Part shown: one piece after another, positions 20,151 to 31,296 of the stretch
Numbering within the stretch: the stretch's first letter is position 1
Layout of the letters: every line of letters starts with the position of its first letter
DNA from: Tetramitus jugosus
Lineage: Eukaryota; Protista; Heterolobosea
Reading direction: 5' to 3'
Length of the DNA stretch: 64,000 bases
NCBI GenBank assembly: GCA_937625935.1
Contig: OW569353.1
Span: forward strand, 1-64,000
Notes under the pieces: generated by a model
The model's input: the letters and a program-made list of their open reading frames with translations, nothing else
Database searches by the model: none
Told to the model about the DNA's origin: nothing
Position numbers and translations under genes: made by a program

Positions 20151-21329
20151 CTATTGTAACACACATAAATCCTCTCGCAACGAACTCCAAATACTCTTGC
20201 CCCTCAATTGTTTTTCTTCCCAATTTTGAACAAATGATTCAGCAATCTCAACTGCCCGACTCAAAAGATCAAGCGCTAAATTCTCAACACTTACTTCGCG
20301 TTTGTCCCACTGGGTGTAATTTTGAATTGGCTTCACCTTGTCAAATGCCAGATCAAATGTATTGAGGAGTTCCTCCTTCTTGCAGTCATAGAGATGCGTA
20401 GCTGCATATAAATCTCCCTCCTCTGCACCGTGACAATCAATTTTGGTCACTGCAAACAGTGGCTGGTATCCATACTCTACAAATAAATTTACAAAGTCTT
20501 CAAGTTCTGCAGGTATACGTCTCTGATTGGCTGGCACAACAAAAACGACACAATGAGGTACATCCCCAATGGATGCCTCTCCCTTGGCATTCCCATTGAG
20601 ACAGTCAGGGTCCAGGATAGCTGCAGGATTGCGAGACATGATCGAGTATAAATGATCCCACAGTGTCCAACTAGAGTAAGGTTTTTGTGTAATTTCGACA
20701 TCGTCTCTTGCTCTGCCATCTCTAATCGCTCGCACCTGTTCAATTTCTTCACCCAACAAGCTCTCTAGACCTCTCGTATCATATCCCTTGATCGTGTGAC
20801 AAGTATTGAGATAATAACCCTTCTTTTTCTTTGTAAAACTCATTGTTCTTGTATTTCCTACTCCGGCAACTGGCATTAGACCATAGTTTTGATGGAGAGC
20901 ACGATGAAAGGTTGATAGCAAACTCGATTTACCAGCTCCCTTCTCTCCCACCAACAAAATATTTAAATGACTGAGTGGAGGAGAAGCCAAGCGGTGATGA
21001 AGAGAGGACGATGTCCCGAATGTCTGATCGTCCCAATCACTTGATAACGCTGCATCATTGTCATCGAGTGTACCATCATCACCATCACCGCGATAATGTG
21101 AACCCACTTGGTACGTGTTCAAGTATTGAATAATGGAAGAGTTGGTCTGTGATGTGTTTAGATTATTGTTGTTGCTGCTACTACTGCTACTGCCCTTACT
21201 GCTCTTCATGTTCGACTGTTGTTGCTGATTTCTTCTTCTTGGTGGTGAAGAAGTTGTTGTTGTTGATTTTTTTGTGACTGATGAGCCATCCTCATCATCA
21301 TGATCTTCCACGTTGGTGGACCTTCTCAT
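20151..21329 (-). CDS. IFI44-like P-loop GTPase
   Basis: NILLVGEKGAGKSS (G1), YDTRGLE (G3), HCVVFVVPA, VTKID (G4) and IQNY follow the IFI44/IFI44L pattern. Confidence 0.75.
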   Translation of the reverse strand: MRRSTNVEDHDDEDGSSVTKKSTTTTSSPPRRRNQQQQSNMKSSKGSSSSSSNNNNLNTSQTNSSIIQYLNTYQVGSHYRGDGDDGTLDDNDAALSSDWDDQTFGTSSSLHHRLASPPLSHLNILLVGEKGAGKSSLLSTFHRALHQNYGLMPVAGVGNTRTMSFTKKKKGYYLNTCHTIKGYDTRGLESLLGEEIEQVRAIRDGRARDDVEITQKPYSSWTLWDHLYSIMSRNPAAILDPDCLNGNAKGEASIGDVPHCVVFVVPANQRRIPAELEDFVNLFVEYGYQPLFAVTKIDCHGAEEGDLYAATHLYDCKKEELLNTFDLAFDKVKPIQNYTQWDKREVSVENLALDLLSRAVEIAESFVQNWEEKQLRGKSIWSSLREDLCVLQ

Positions 21330-21483
21330 TGTGTTGTGCTGTTCTGTTTTGGTTTATGTCAGTTTTTTCTTTTTTTTTGATGTTTGGGGCGATCTTCTGT
21401 CTTTCAAAGGCGACTCAGAACACAGTTTATTCCGAATGTGATATCTCCCGATTCCATAACACCAGACGTCCCTCCAAAGGGTA

Positions 21484-23001
21484 TCATATTTCAAAAAGTG
21501 CAGCCTGAATCCAGTTCGTTATATCAGTAATCACTTCCCTTAAACTCTGATCCCGAAGTAAAGCATGCTTCGATCTCGAATAAAACTTGATTTGCTTTAC
21601 GGAGCAAGGACTTGACTGGTAGAAGCGTAGAGCAGAGCTTTTCAAAGTAATGGTATCGCCATTGCAACAAGCCACGAATATGGGAAGTGCGACTCTAACT
21701 TTTGAGCTGAGTCCTACGTACTGTATAATATTTTGTACAATATTCTCACTCATTTTGTTCTTGATCTGACGTTCATACAAATTGGACGCCTGTTGTATGA
21801 CGTATTCAATACTTGAGTATTGACTGAAATTACCTGAGAGTAGAGCTATAACTCCAGAGTTTCGACTCATACTTTCAGGCTCATCTAGAATCCATTGATT
21901 CAATAGAATAAGACCTGAGACATTGATACCACATTCGTTGAAAGTGATTGGATTGGAGATGAACTGAACGGCCACAGATGCACCTAGTCCATTGCCACAA
22001 ATAAATAATCTTTGGTGTCGCAACAAGTGCGAAATTTGACTCTCATGTATGATATGACGCAGAGATTTGCAAAGTATTTGAGACACGTAGCGAATAGAAT
22101 CCACCTGAAACAAGTCTTGATACTCAAATTGAATTGATATGACATGAAATCCTTTGGAAACGAGATGTTTGGCAATTGGAGCAAAGCAGTCAATTGTCTC
22201 TGCAAAATTATTCAACAAGACAACGACGCCATTCTGTTGCATCAGAGATGTCGATATAAAATACTTCCAATGTGTCCACAAGGACCGCTCATTGTCAATC
22301 TCCATCGTACAGTCTCCATATTCATAACCCTCAAATGATAATGTTTTTGATTCTCCTCTGCACTCATTATCATTATTCGTAACATCATGTAGCATCATAT
22401 GATCATTCTCATCGTCAATATTCTCATCATTGTCATTCTCGTCATCATCCGGCATATCAAACATGCTCGACATGTCAACATGACCCATAGGAGTCCGTAT
22501 TGAACACGAGTCATGCAACAAATCTTGCATTTCAGAATATTCATCCGATAGATCATTCTCATCTTGCATGACCGATGTCGTCATCATCATTGTCGATGGT
22601 TTTGATATTGTTGTTGTTGTCGGTGCTGTTTTAAATGAGCTATTGTGATTGACTGATGCTCCTCCATGGACAGTATTTGATGGTGCATGATTCCTATGAC
22701 CTAAATTTTCATTATTGATGTAATGACTGTATGGTGTCGTTGATGATGTCAACAAGTTTTCATTGACCCAAGTCTCATTGTTCTGCAAAAAGGCGGCAGT
22801 GTCTTGTTTTTGCTTTTGACATTGAGTCCTATAGAGCATCACATCACGTTCATACGCTTGTCTCTCGGGAGTCGTATGACTTGAAGGCAATGGTGAAGGG
22901 GAGGAGAAGGAGGGGGAACGAGTGGAAAGAAACATGTCATTGTCTGGATCGAGTGAGTCTCTGTCCGACTCACTCACACTTGAAAACATTCTTTTCATCA
23001 T
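21484..23001 (-). CDS. Alpha/beta hydrolase (monoglyceride-lipase-like), probably inactive
   Basis: GVVVLLNNFAE..., LVSKGFHVI, LFICGNGLGASVA, GLILLN, NGDTIT, SKHALL; nucleophile Ser absent. Confidence 0.75.
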   Translation of the reverse strand: MMKRMFSSVSESDRDSLDPDNDMFLSTRSPSFSSPSPLPSSHTTPERQAYERDVMLYRTQCQKQKQDTAAFLQNNETWVNENLLTSSTTPYSHYINNENLGHRNHAPSNTVHGGASVNHNSSFKTAPTTTTISKPSTMMMTTSVMQDENDLSDEYSEMQDLLHDSCSIRTPMGHVDMSSMFDMPDDDENDNDENIDDENDHMMLHDVTNNDNECRGESKTLSFEGYEYGDCTMEIDNERSLWTHWKYFISTSLMQQNGVVVLLNNFAETIDCFAPIAKHLVSKGFHVISIQFEYQDLFQVDSIRYVSQILCKSLRHIIHESQISHLLRHQRLFICGNGLGASVAVQFISNPITFNECGINVSGLILLNQWILDEPESMSRNSGVIALLSGNFSQYSSIEYVIQQASNLYERQIKNKMSENIVQNIIQYVGLSSKVRVALPIFVACCNGDTITLKSSALRFYQSSPCSVKQIKFYSRSKHALLRDQSLREVITDITNWIQAALFEI

Positions 23002-23263
23002 CCTTGCGTGCTGATAAATAAATAAACATTCAAGTTTTGGTTGGTGGGATGATCGAGGTCAGGATTTTGAGTATGATATGGTTGGATGATGATGGAGTGT
23101 TGTGTGGTGGGTGGTGTGATTTGGATTTTTGATTTGGGGTGTTTGTCAGTTGATTTGAGTGGCTTTTGTTTGTGTGGGCGGTTTATCCCTTGTGTGTTTC
23201 CAGTTTATGCGAGAATCATGATTGGTTTATTGATTGGGTTGTTGGTTGTGTGGACTAGTCTTG

Positions 23264-25888
23264 TTATCCATTGACGAAATACCTCCAGAATTCCTCAGGT
23301 TCTTCATCTTGTTCGACAATGACAACCTTTGTCGTGGTGGATGCCATTTGCTTGTGTCTCAGGAAGTCATCAGCAACCTGTTGACCTGCTTCTTGGAAGG
23401 ACTTGTTAACTTCACTCGCAAAGCCTTCACCAACCCAAATATACAGCAAGTTTTGGTCCAACCGTGGATGGAGAACATATGCTTCATCATCATTCAAATC
23501 TTCACTATCAAAGTTATCTATCATTTCCATTCCAGGATACACATACAGATCGGCATTTTCCAACTCCTCATCACTATCGTCAAGCTCCTCTTCATTGTGT
23601 TGATTTATAGGGGTGGCATCTGGTTGAGTCACGTCCGGTTCCAGATCCAAATAGTCCAAGTCTGGATATGGTTGAGCTGCATCTGCACTCAGCATAATCT
23701 TGGTATCAATTTTAACTGTACTTCGTGCAGATTCAAACTCTGATGTCTCCTGTCCCTCCTGTATGATCTTAATGCTTGTTTCATCATTACCCATATACAA
23801 TTTAAGTTGTTGAACAAACTTTTGAGCTTCAACAATTATGTTCTTGCTCTTTGACCCGACCCACAGATAGATGATGTTCAATGGAGAGCTATGCAACACA
23901 AAGCAAGTTCTTGAATCCAAAACATTGGTATAACACAACTTTGGTACGCAGTGCTTATGTTCCAGGTATCTATCATTCTGTGGAGAGATGCGGAATAGTT
24001 GGGTGTGTGACTCCAGAATCATTTTCTCCCATTGAATCAGCTGCACGATAAATCCAGGATTTGGAGAGGCAACAGGACGTCTCAACTTGACATCCTCCAT
24101 CACAGTATTAAACTTTTGCTTCAGCTTCCACATGAGATATGAAATTGTTAATGTTGTGGAGCGAGAAACTCCCTCATAACAATGAATATAAACCTTTCCA
24201 CCATTGATTCTTGCTTTCTCAATAAAGTCGATCACACCAAAGAAAGTACCTAGAATGGATTCATTTCCGGCATCATACAAATTCAACACATGATAGTTAA
24301 AGTCGTCTGGGAAGTACACATCACAAACTACCTTGGCTGCGTTGACAATATGCGTTATTCCATTCTTTTGCAAGATTTCCTTGTTTCTTGCAACCAAATC
24401 ACTGCCTAAATATACATAATCATAAATCTGAGAGCAAACTTTTCGATAATATACAACAAGCTCATTTCCACTCAAGCATCGCTCAGGAAGGGTTTGTTGT
24501 TGCATCCTTCTGGGTGTTGGAGAAGGATCATGTCTTTCACCGAGATCTACACTACCAAGATTGACACGCAACCTATCTCTGTCAGTGCTCATGGATCTAC
24601 CACTTGAAGGTAGAGAGGTTGGAATGGATCTAGGTGTTGACAATGAACTTGGAGTACCTTGTGAGTCAACAGAAGACAAAGTCTTCAACTGACGCTTAGA
24701 GTCACTTGTCTTGATGCCTTCTGGTGGGGGTCTCTTTCGAGGCGATGGTAGATTTAAAGATGGCATTGCAGTAGGGATCTTTGCCATTTGAATTTTGAAA
24801 GTTTTCGGTAACACTTGAGAATAACTGACAGATCTATCAAATCGGAGCTCTCCAGCATTCTCCTGCAAAGGATTGGCCCTGGAGGTTGTGGGTCTCTCTG
24901 GTGAACTTTGAGGAGAATTCATTGGTGATGCTTTCATATCTGTATCATCATCATCATCTGACAGCGCACTCATACCGTCAATACTGAGGAACGACTGATT
25001 ATTATCACCTGGTGGTAATTGCAACAAGGATCTGAATGCGATATCTGGCTCATCCTCACCATCTTCTCCAGTCTCTCCACTACAATCATTCTTTGCCAAA
25101 CTTCTGAACAAGTGACAATGTTGATACAGAGACATGAATAGGGCAACTGAAGAAGAAGATGTGTTGTGCAATTGGGCTGACTTTGAACGAACTGGAGGTA
25201 CATCATCCACAAAGTATCGAGTAATGGTTTCTGGCTTTCCAGCATAAAACATGTTCTGAGTGATTTTGTTGTTCAACAATCGTCTCTCCATCTCATATCC
25301 CTTGGTAATAGCAAATGCTTGAGTGCTCACAGAGGATGACTTTCCGTGCCACAAATACAAATCATAGTGAATTTCCTGTTGAGAATCACTTTTGGTTGCA
25401 CCAACATTATTGGGATTGTAAATTCTACTATTGAAAAATATGGTTTGGAGGTCATGAGTTGAAAATTTGTGCTCTGTTCCTCTGGGAGTCAATTGCTCTG
25501 AAGTAGAGATGGCCAATTTCAAGAGAGAGGACTGCAATTTACCCACATTCTTGTCCTTGCTGCTCATGTGCAGAGGAGATGGCTCAACAACAGTCTGTAC
25601 ATTGGACACATGTGAAGAGGAGCGATTTTTTTGTCGGAACAAATGAAGTACAATGTAGCATTGTGTGCTATCAAAAGAGGAAAAGCTATTGTTTGTGAAA
25701 TCTACTGGCAGGGTATCAGACTCTAGTGGGTCATCTTTGCGCGCCTTAAATGCCCATGCCTTTATGTTGCTTGAGAATTGTGAACAATCATCATAGTCAA
25801 CAGTGTCAGTGGAAGCGGATTGAGGGTCAAGTGCAAATAAGTCACCCAGAGAACGAGGACAAGTATCAACTGATATGTGATTGCCCAT
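23264..25888 (-). CDS. Dual-specificity (MAPK) phosphatase with gelsolin-like repeats
   Basis: VYIHCYEGVSRS and SPNPGFIVQL; gelsolin motifs LDSRTCFVLH..IYLWVG and LYIWVGEG..EPEEFW. Confidence 0.9.
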   Translation of the reverse strand: MGNHISVDTCPRSLGDLFALDPQSASTDTVDYDDCSQFSSNIKAWAFKARKDDPLESDTLPVDFTNNSFSSFDSTQCYIVLHLFRQKNRSSSHVSNVQTVVEPSPLHMSSKDKNVGKLQSSLLKLAISTSEQLTPRGTEHKFSTHDLQTIFFNSRIYNPNNVGATKSDSQQEIHYDLYLWHGKSSSVSTQAFAITKGYEMERRLLNNKITQNMFYAGKPETITRYFVDDVPPVRSKSAQLHNTSSSSVALFMSLYQHCHLFRSLAKNDCSGETGEDGEDEPDIAFRSLLQLPPGDNNQSFLSIDGMSALSDDDDDTDMKASPMNSPQSSPERPTTSRANPLQENAGELRFDRSVSYSQVLPKTFKIQMAKIPTAMPSLNLPSPRKRPPPEGIKTSDSKRQLKTLSSVDSQGTPSSLSTPRSIPTSLPSSGRSMSTDRDRLRVNLGSVDLGERHDPSPTPRRMQQQTLPERCLSGNELVVYYRKVCSQIYDYVYLGSDLVARNKEILQKNGITHIVNAAKVVCDVYFPDDFNYHVLNLYDAGNESILGTFFGVIDFIEKARINGGKVYIHCYEGVSRSTTLTISYLMWKLKQKFNTVMEDVKLRRPVASPNPGFIVQLIQWEKMILESHTQLFRISPQNDRYLEHKHCVPKLCYTNVLDSRTCFVLHSSPLNIIYLWVGSKSKNIIVEAQKFVQQLKLYMGNDETSIKIIQEGQETSEFESARSTVKIDTKIMLSADAAQPYPDLDYLDLEPDVTQPDATPINQHNEEELDDSDEELENADLYVYPGMEMIDNFDSEDLNDDEAYVLHPRLDQNLLYIWVGEGFASEVNKSFQEAGQQVADDFLRHKQMASTTTKVVIVEQDEEPEEFWRYFVNG

Positions 25889-26356
25889 TGTGGTGTGTTG
25901 CTTTGTGTGAGATATTATACAACTATAATAATATTATTACAGAGTGATTCTTCTTGCTATTCTGACAGTTGTTTTTGTTGGAGTCACCCCTCAAAAATTG
26001 AAAACTGATGGCAATTCTCCAACGTCCAGCGGAGAAACAGAAGAAGCGGTTGAGGCAAGGCCGTCATTCGTGATGCACTATCGACGAACATGGATGCTCT
26101 CGGTGGTTGGTACCAAGTCTATGTTAGTTGAAAGCGACTCTGCATCGCTCTCCTGTCTTTTCTGAGATGTCGTCCGTTGGTTCACATACAAAATTCTTTG
26201 CTCGATTCGAACATGAACCTCAGGAATGAAAATAGATGTTGAGAAGACCTCATCTTGATTTTGATAAAAAAAAAGCATTCAAATCTCAAATCACAAACAC
26301 CAAACAACAAGCATCACCTTTGTCCACCACACTCACCAGTGCACACATCAACAAAA

Positions 26357-28803
26357 ATGAATGTCAATCGATTCAAGAAGGCTATGGCAGCCAATTTGAA
26401 CAAACTTGATCAAAAGTTTGACGAGTTCAAATCCACTGCTTCTCAAAACTTGCAAAATTTTCAACGTTCTAGAGAAGATTGGGGTGCTGAAGATTTGAAT
26501 CCCATGGGTAGCGCCAACAATTTCCCAGTCGATGTTCCACCAACGTTGGACATCAATGGACAAACCTATCGTATTACAAAACTGTTGGACGAAGGTGGTT
26601 ATTCATTTGTTTTTACTGTACGTGATGTAAACAGTGGAAAGGAGTATGCATTGAAGAGATTATTGATTCAGGAGGAAGAAATGATGAAGGTTGCAATGAA
26701 CGAAATTAAAGTGATGGAGCAAGTGAACGGACATCCTAATATCATCAATTTTGAGGGGTACAAGAAAATTGCAAAGGGCAATAATCATAATGAGCTTTAT
26801 ATTCTGATGGAGTTGGCAGAAGGTATGACGATGACTGTGTTTTTGTTTCTTTGACGACACACATAGAGGATTATTGCGTGTGACTCATCATTATGTTCTT
26901 CTGTTGTTCTTTTTTTTTTCAAAATCATGATGATTGGATCTATGATGTCTAAACGAATAATCTGACAGATTCCTTAATCTCTGTCATGCAAAAGAAGGCA
27001 GACTATGGTGAGCATTTTAAGGAGGATGAATTGTTGAAGACCTTTTTGCAAATATGTAAGGCTGTGAGTCACATGCACTCACAAAATCCTCCCATCTCCC
27101 ACAGAGACTTGAAGGTGGAGAACGTGTTGATCAGTTCCGACGGTTTATATAAGCTTTGCGACTTTGGCAGTTGTACAACAGCTGTTTACACATTGGAGGA
27201 CAAGAGTGAGAAGATGATTGCTGAGGAAGATATTCAAAAAAATACAACAATGGCTTATAGAGCACCCGAAATGGCAGATCTATACAGTGGTTGGCCAATT
27301 GATGAGAAGGCTGATGTGTGGGCCCTGGGCTGCGTTTTGTACAAAATGTGTTACTTTGTCGGTCCATTTGAAGAGGCTTCAACTCTTCAGATCATTAACT
27401 GTAAGTATAGAATTCCAAGCGACAATGTATACTCGAACAAGGTGTTGGATTTGATCAAATATATGCTGGAGGTGAATCCAGAGAAGAGACCATCTGTTTT
27501 TGATGTCCTTGAAAGAGTAGCAGGACTGTTGGGAGTAGAGGTAAGCGTGAGTAGACCTGCTGCTAGAACGCGACCAACCAAGCCTGTCGCATCATCAGGA
27601 CTGAATGTCAGAGCAAACAAGTCATCTAATACTACTGTGAGAAGACCTGCTACTCACAGCAGAACAAGTAGCTCCTCCGGCAGTTTCTCTGCTCCAAAGA
27701 GTAATAATGCACAAGCAAGTGGTGGAGATTTGTTTGGAATGATTGACTGGTTCGAAAGCGATGGCAAGACTGTGCAACAAACTTCCAATTCACCTGCCCC
27801 AAAGGTAACTGTATCACCAACATCCAACTCCTTTAATGGTTTTGGTGATGAAGATGATTCATGGACTGCTGATTTCTCTCAATTGGAAGTCAGTCCTGCC
27901 CAAGAAAGACAACCTGTACCACAACTATCAAATGTGAAGAGAGTGTCTCCTATTGCACCACCATCACCAAAGGGAACTCCATCACAACATATTCGTCAGC
28001 CAAGTAACACCAGTTTTACAAGTATTCCTAGTCCAAAGAGCGGTACTAGTCTTGGAGATGATTTATTTAACCAATTGGATTGGCAAGATAGTGGCAGCAA
28101 CAGCAGCATCAGCCCTCAAGCTGTTACCTCACCTCATAGAAGAACACAAAGTTCACAGTCAGGTGATTTCAATCTGGACAGTCTGTTCTCCGTTCCAGAT
28201 AGCGAACCAAGTATCGGCAAGATTCTATCATTACCTGGAAATAGAGCTTGTGCCGATTGTAACACTAGAGATCCAAAGACTGCTATTGTTAATTTGGGTA
28301 TACTCGTGTGTGATGCATGCGCCAATGTTCATCGTACTTTGGGTGAACCAGTGAGTAGAGTAAATCCATTGGATGATACCCTCACCAGGGATCAAATCAA
28401 ATACATGTCCAGTGTTGGTAACGATAGAGCAAATCAATTTTGGGAAGCCACACTGAATGATCCGAATGTAAAGCCTCAGAACTCTGCTAACGTTGGTGCC
28501 CTGAACACCTATATCAGAAACAAATATCTTGGCAAGAGGTTTGCACCATTTAACGCTCATAGAGTGGGTCCAATGCCTCGCAGTGTATCTGGTGGTCTAA
28601 ATCCAGGACCAATGGCAAACTCCGGCTTCCCACAACCTCGTCCACAACAACAGGGAATGATGATGAATCCAGGACCAAATCACTTCAACAATACCTCTCC
28701 AACAGGCATGATATCTCCCATGTCACCACATCACCAAAGAATGAATAGCAACAGCAGCAGCGGAAGTGACATAAGCTTTGATGCGTTCAAAATCATGAAA
28801 TAA
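26357..28803 (+). CDS. NAK-family Ser/Thr kinase with C-terminal ArfGAP domain; intron 26823-26968
   Basis: EGGYSFV, HRDLKVEN, DFGS, NTTMAYRAPE; CADC-x16-CDAC..HR; the GTATG...CAG intron restores the frame. Confidence 0.92.
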
Positions 28804-28922
28804 AGCTTGTGCTTTGTCAAAGGAACCTGGACTGTTTGTGTAGATGTCCGACTGGCTCGGCGAAATTAAAATTGTAATGGGTGTTTGTAAGACAAAAAAA
28901 ACGCAAACACACAAGAGAAAAA

Positions 28923-29540
28923 ATGTTGTCACGCCTTTCTTCTTTCGCTGTCAATGCAGCCAAATCATCATCTGTTCGCAATGTTCACCGTGCAGTTGTT
29001 CCATCACCATTATCATCAGCAATCGTATCAGTGAGAAGATCTTACACTACTCTGAGCGCTGAAGAAATCCACAAGCAATTGCTCTCGAAAAAAACAGCAG
29101 CAGTCAAAGCACACTCTGCTGAGCCAGTCGAAGTTGATGTCGCTGTTCAATCAGTCAGTAACGAGCAAGACAAGGCAGCTTTCAAGACCCTAACTGGTCT
29201 TCCAGAGAAGCAACACAACAGAAAAGTCATTATTCATCAACCAGCGAGAACTGCAATGCAACAAGGTGTTGCCAAGCATCAAAAATGGAGAATGGAATGG
29301 GTGAGAGATGCTGATTATGGTAAGCGTTGGGCTGATCCATTGATGGGATGGACCGCCTCTTCTGATCCATTGAATACAACTTACTTGTATTTTGACTCAT
29401 TGGAGAATGCTGTCAAGTATGCTGAGAGACTCGGTTATACCTATACTGTGGAGGTTGCTGCTGAAGATAATGACATACCAGAAAGGGCATACTCTGACAA
29501 ATTTACCTATGTGAAACCAGAGGAATCGGAACAATGGTAG
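28923..29540 (+). CDS. NDUFS4: NADH dehydrogenase Fe-S protein 4, mitochondrial
   Basis: PARTAMQQG, RWADPLMGWTASSDP, FDSLENAVKYAERLG; transit-peptide-like N-terminus. Confidence 0.95.
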   Translation: MLSRLSSFAVNAAKSSSVRNVHRAVVPSPLSSAIVSVRRSYTTLSAEEIHKQLLSKKTAAVKAHSAEPVEVDVAVQSVSNEQDKAAFKTLTGLPEKQHNRKVIIHQPARTAMQQGVAKHQKWRMEWVRDADYGKRWADPLMGWTASSDPLNTTYLYFDSLENAVKYAERLGYTYTVEVAAEDNDIPERAYSDKFTYVKPEESEQW

Positions 29541-29834
29541 AAAACCAACAACAACCAACAGCAATAACAATAAGCAGGAGAGAGCTCAACTCAACCACTC
29601 GTCAAACCACTCACATACACACAACAGGAAAGAGATTTAAACACACAAGGCATTATATTCAACAAAGGAGGAGAAGAACTTATTTCGTGTAAAATCAAAA
29701 CGCCTAACCTTCACACAACAGAATTGACTCAACAAATTCTCCGTCCTCTTGTCAATCAAACTTGTAAAAAAACAAACAGGTCAGTGACACCAAAAAACAA
29801 ACAACAACAAAAAGCACCCGAATCATTTGTCGTC

Positions 29835-30251
29835 ATGTCATCTTGGTCAGAGGTCTTAGATGAGAACCTGATGCAATCAGGTCATATCCACGGATGCATG
29901 ATTGTGGGACACGATGGTCATTGCTGGGCCAAGACTGAATATTTTGCGCCTGTGATCCTAACGGAGAACGAAGATGAAGTATTGCACCCGGATTTGTTGT
30001 CACAAGTGTTGAATGCCTTTGTGGATCCAAATCACTTTTTAGAACATGGATTTATCATGTTAGAAAATCATTATACAATTCTGCAGCAGACAGAGCAATT
30101 GATTGTGGGCAAGAAGGGCTTCAATGGAATATTCTTGCTGAAGACGAATCAAACAATCGTGTTTGCAGTGTACAATATGGACAATCAACCATCCGAGTCT
30201 GCTCTATTAGTTGAAAAGTTTGCTCACTATTTGCACTCGCAAAGTTTGTAA
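29835..30251 (+). CDS. Profilin
   Basis: MSSWSEVLDENL..IVGHDGHCWA..GKKG..KTNQTIVFAVY. Confidence 0.9.
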   Translation: MSSWSEVLDENLMQSGHIHGCMIVGHDGHCWAKTEYFAPVILTENEDEVLHPDLLSQVLNAFVDPNHFLEHGFIMLENHYTILQQTEQLIVGKKGFNGIFLLKTNQTIVFAVYNMDNQPSESALLVEKFAHYLHSQSL

Positions 30252-30378
30252 TCAATCTCTTGACTTTGTGGAATGCATGGAGCCACCCGTTTCATTAATG
30301 AACAGAGTTGATACTGTAAAAAACATGTTTTTTAGTTTATATTGAAGTGCAATATTTTGAATGATGGAGAATGCTGAT

Positions 30379-31206
30379 TTATTGCATGTGTTGATGAACG
30401 AGTTGAATGCACTGGGCATATTCCTCATCACTGAACGTGCACTCGACAAAGCTCTTAGCATCTTGTGGTTGGTTCAAACATCTGTGCAATACTTTACCGC
30501 ACAGGTTCGATCCATAGCAGTGCGCTGCATCGACTAATAGCAATGAATGAGTCAGAGCGTTGTCTTGATTTTCTTCTATTCCTTTGAATTGCTCGTTCAT
30601 GCGATCGACATAGGGCTTGCATGCCGTATTCTTGATGTCCTGTACTTTTTGGTGCACGGCAGATGGGGAAGCACTCGCCAATTCTCTGAGATCAGCGTTC
30701 TTGTTCCGATTCACCATGTCAATGAATGGCTGATACGCAGCATCGACTCTCTTCTTGTCCATGGAGCTCATCCTCTGTTGAATGGTTTTCCAGCTGCTCA
30801 CATTGTGCTCAAAACAATTCTCAGCAGCAAAGGAAACCTTGCTATTGGCAGCATCACTCATCTCAATTCTCCTGTCCGAGTACTTGTTGCTCAGGCGCTC
30901 AAATTCCTCCACAATGTCATTCGGCAATTCAATTTGTTGCTGTTTCATGCAGACATAGAATGATCGATCGACATAGGGAAGAATACACATGGAATAGAAT
31001 GCCTGAGCCCAATTACTTCCACTGTGTTCACTTGTCAGGTAGTGAGCAGTTTTGTTTTGGATCATTTGAGAGTAGCGTTGCATAATGGATCGACAAGGGG
31101 TGTGGTCCAGAAGCATCATTCGATCCAATAGTTCTCTGTCGGACCATTCCTTGGCAGAGCATGGAGGAGGAAGGTCCTTGATCTGATAATGATTGTTGTT
31201 CTGCAT
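30379..31206 (-). CDS. Hypothetical protein with Cys-rich helical C-terminus
   Basis: Long intact ORF; no recognised family. Confidence 0.6.
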   Translation of the reverse strand: MQNNNHYQIKDLPPPCSAKEWSDRELLDRMMLLDHTPCRSIMQRYSQMIQNKTAHYLTSEHSGSNWAQAFYSMCILPYVDRSFYVCMKQQQIELPNDIVEEFERLSNKYSDRRIEMSDAANSKVSFAAENCFEHNVSSWKTIQQRMSSMDKKRVDAAYQPFIDMVNRNKNADLRELASASPSAVHQKVQDIKNTACKPYVDRMNEQFKGIEENQDNALTHSLLLVDAAHCYGSNLCGKVLHRCLNQPQDAKSFVECTFSDEEYAQCIQLVHQHMQ

Positions 31207-31296
31207 TTTTATTGTTGTTGGATGTCTCTTTTGTCTCAGAGGGATCAATCGGAAAATATTTAGTAATTTGGGTGCAGTGGGGAACAATACACTTGC

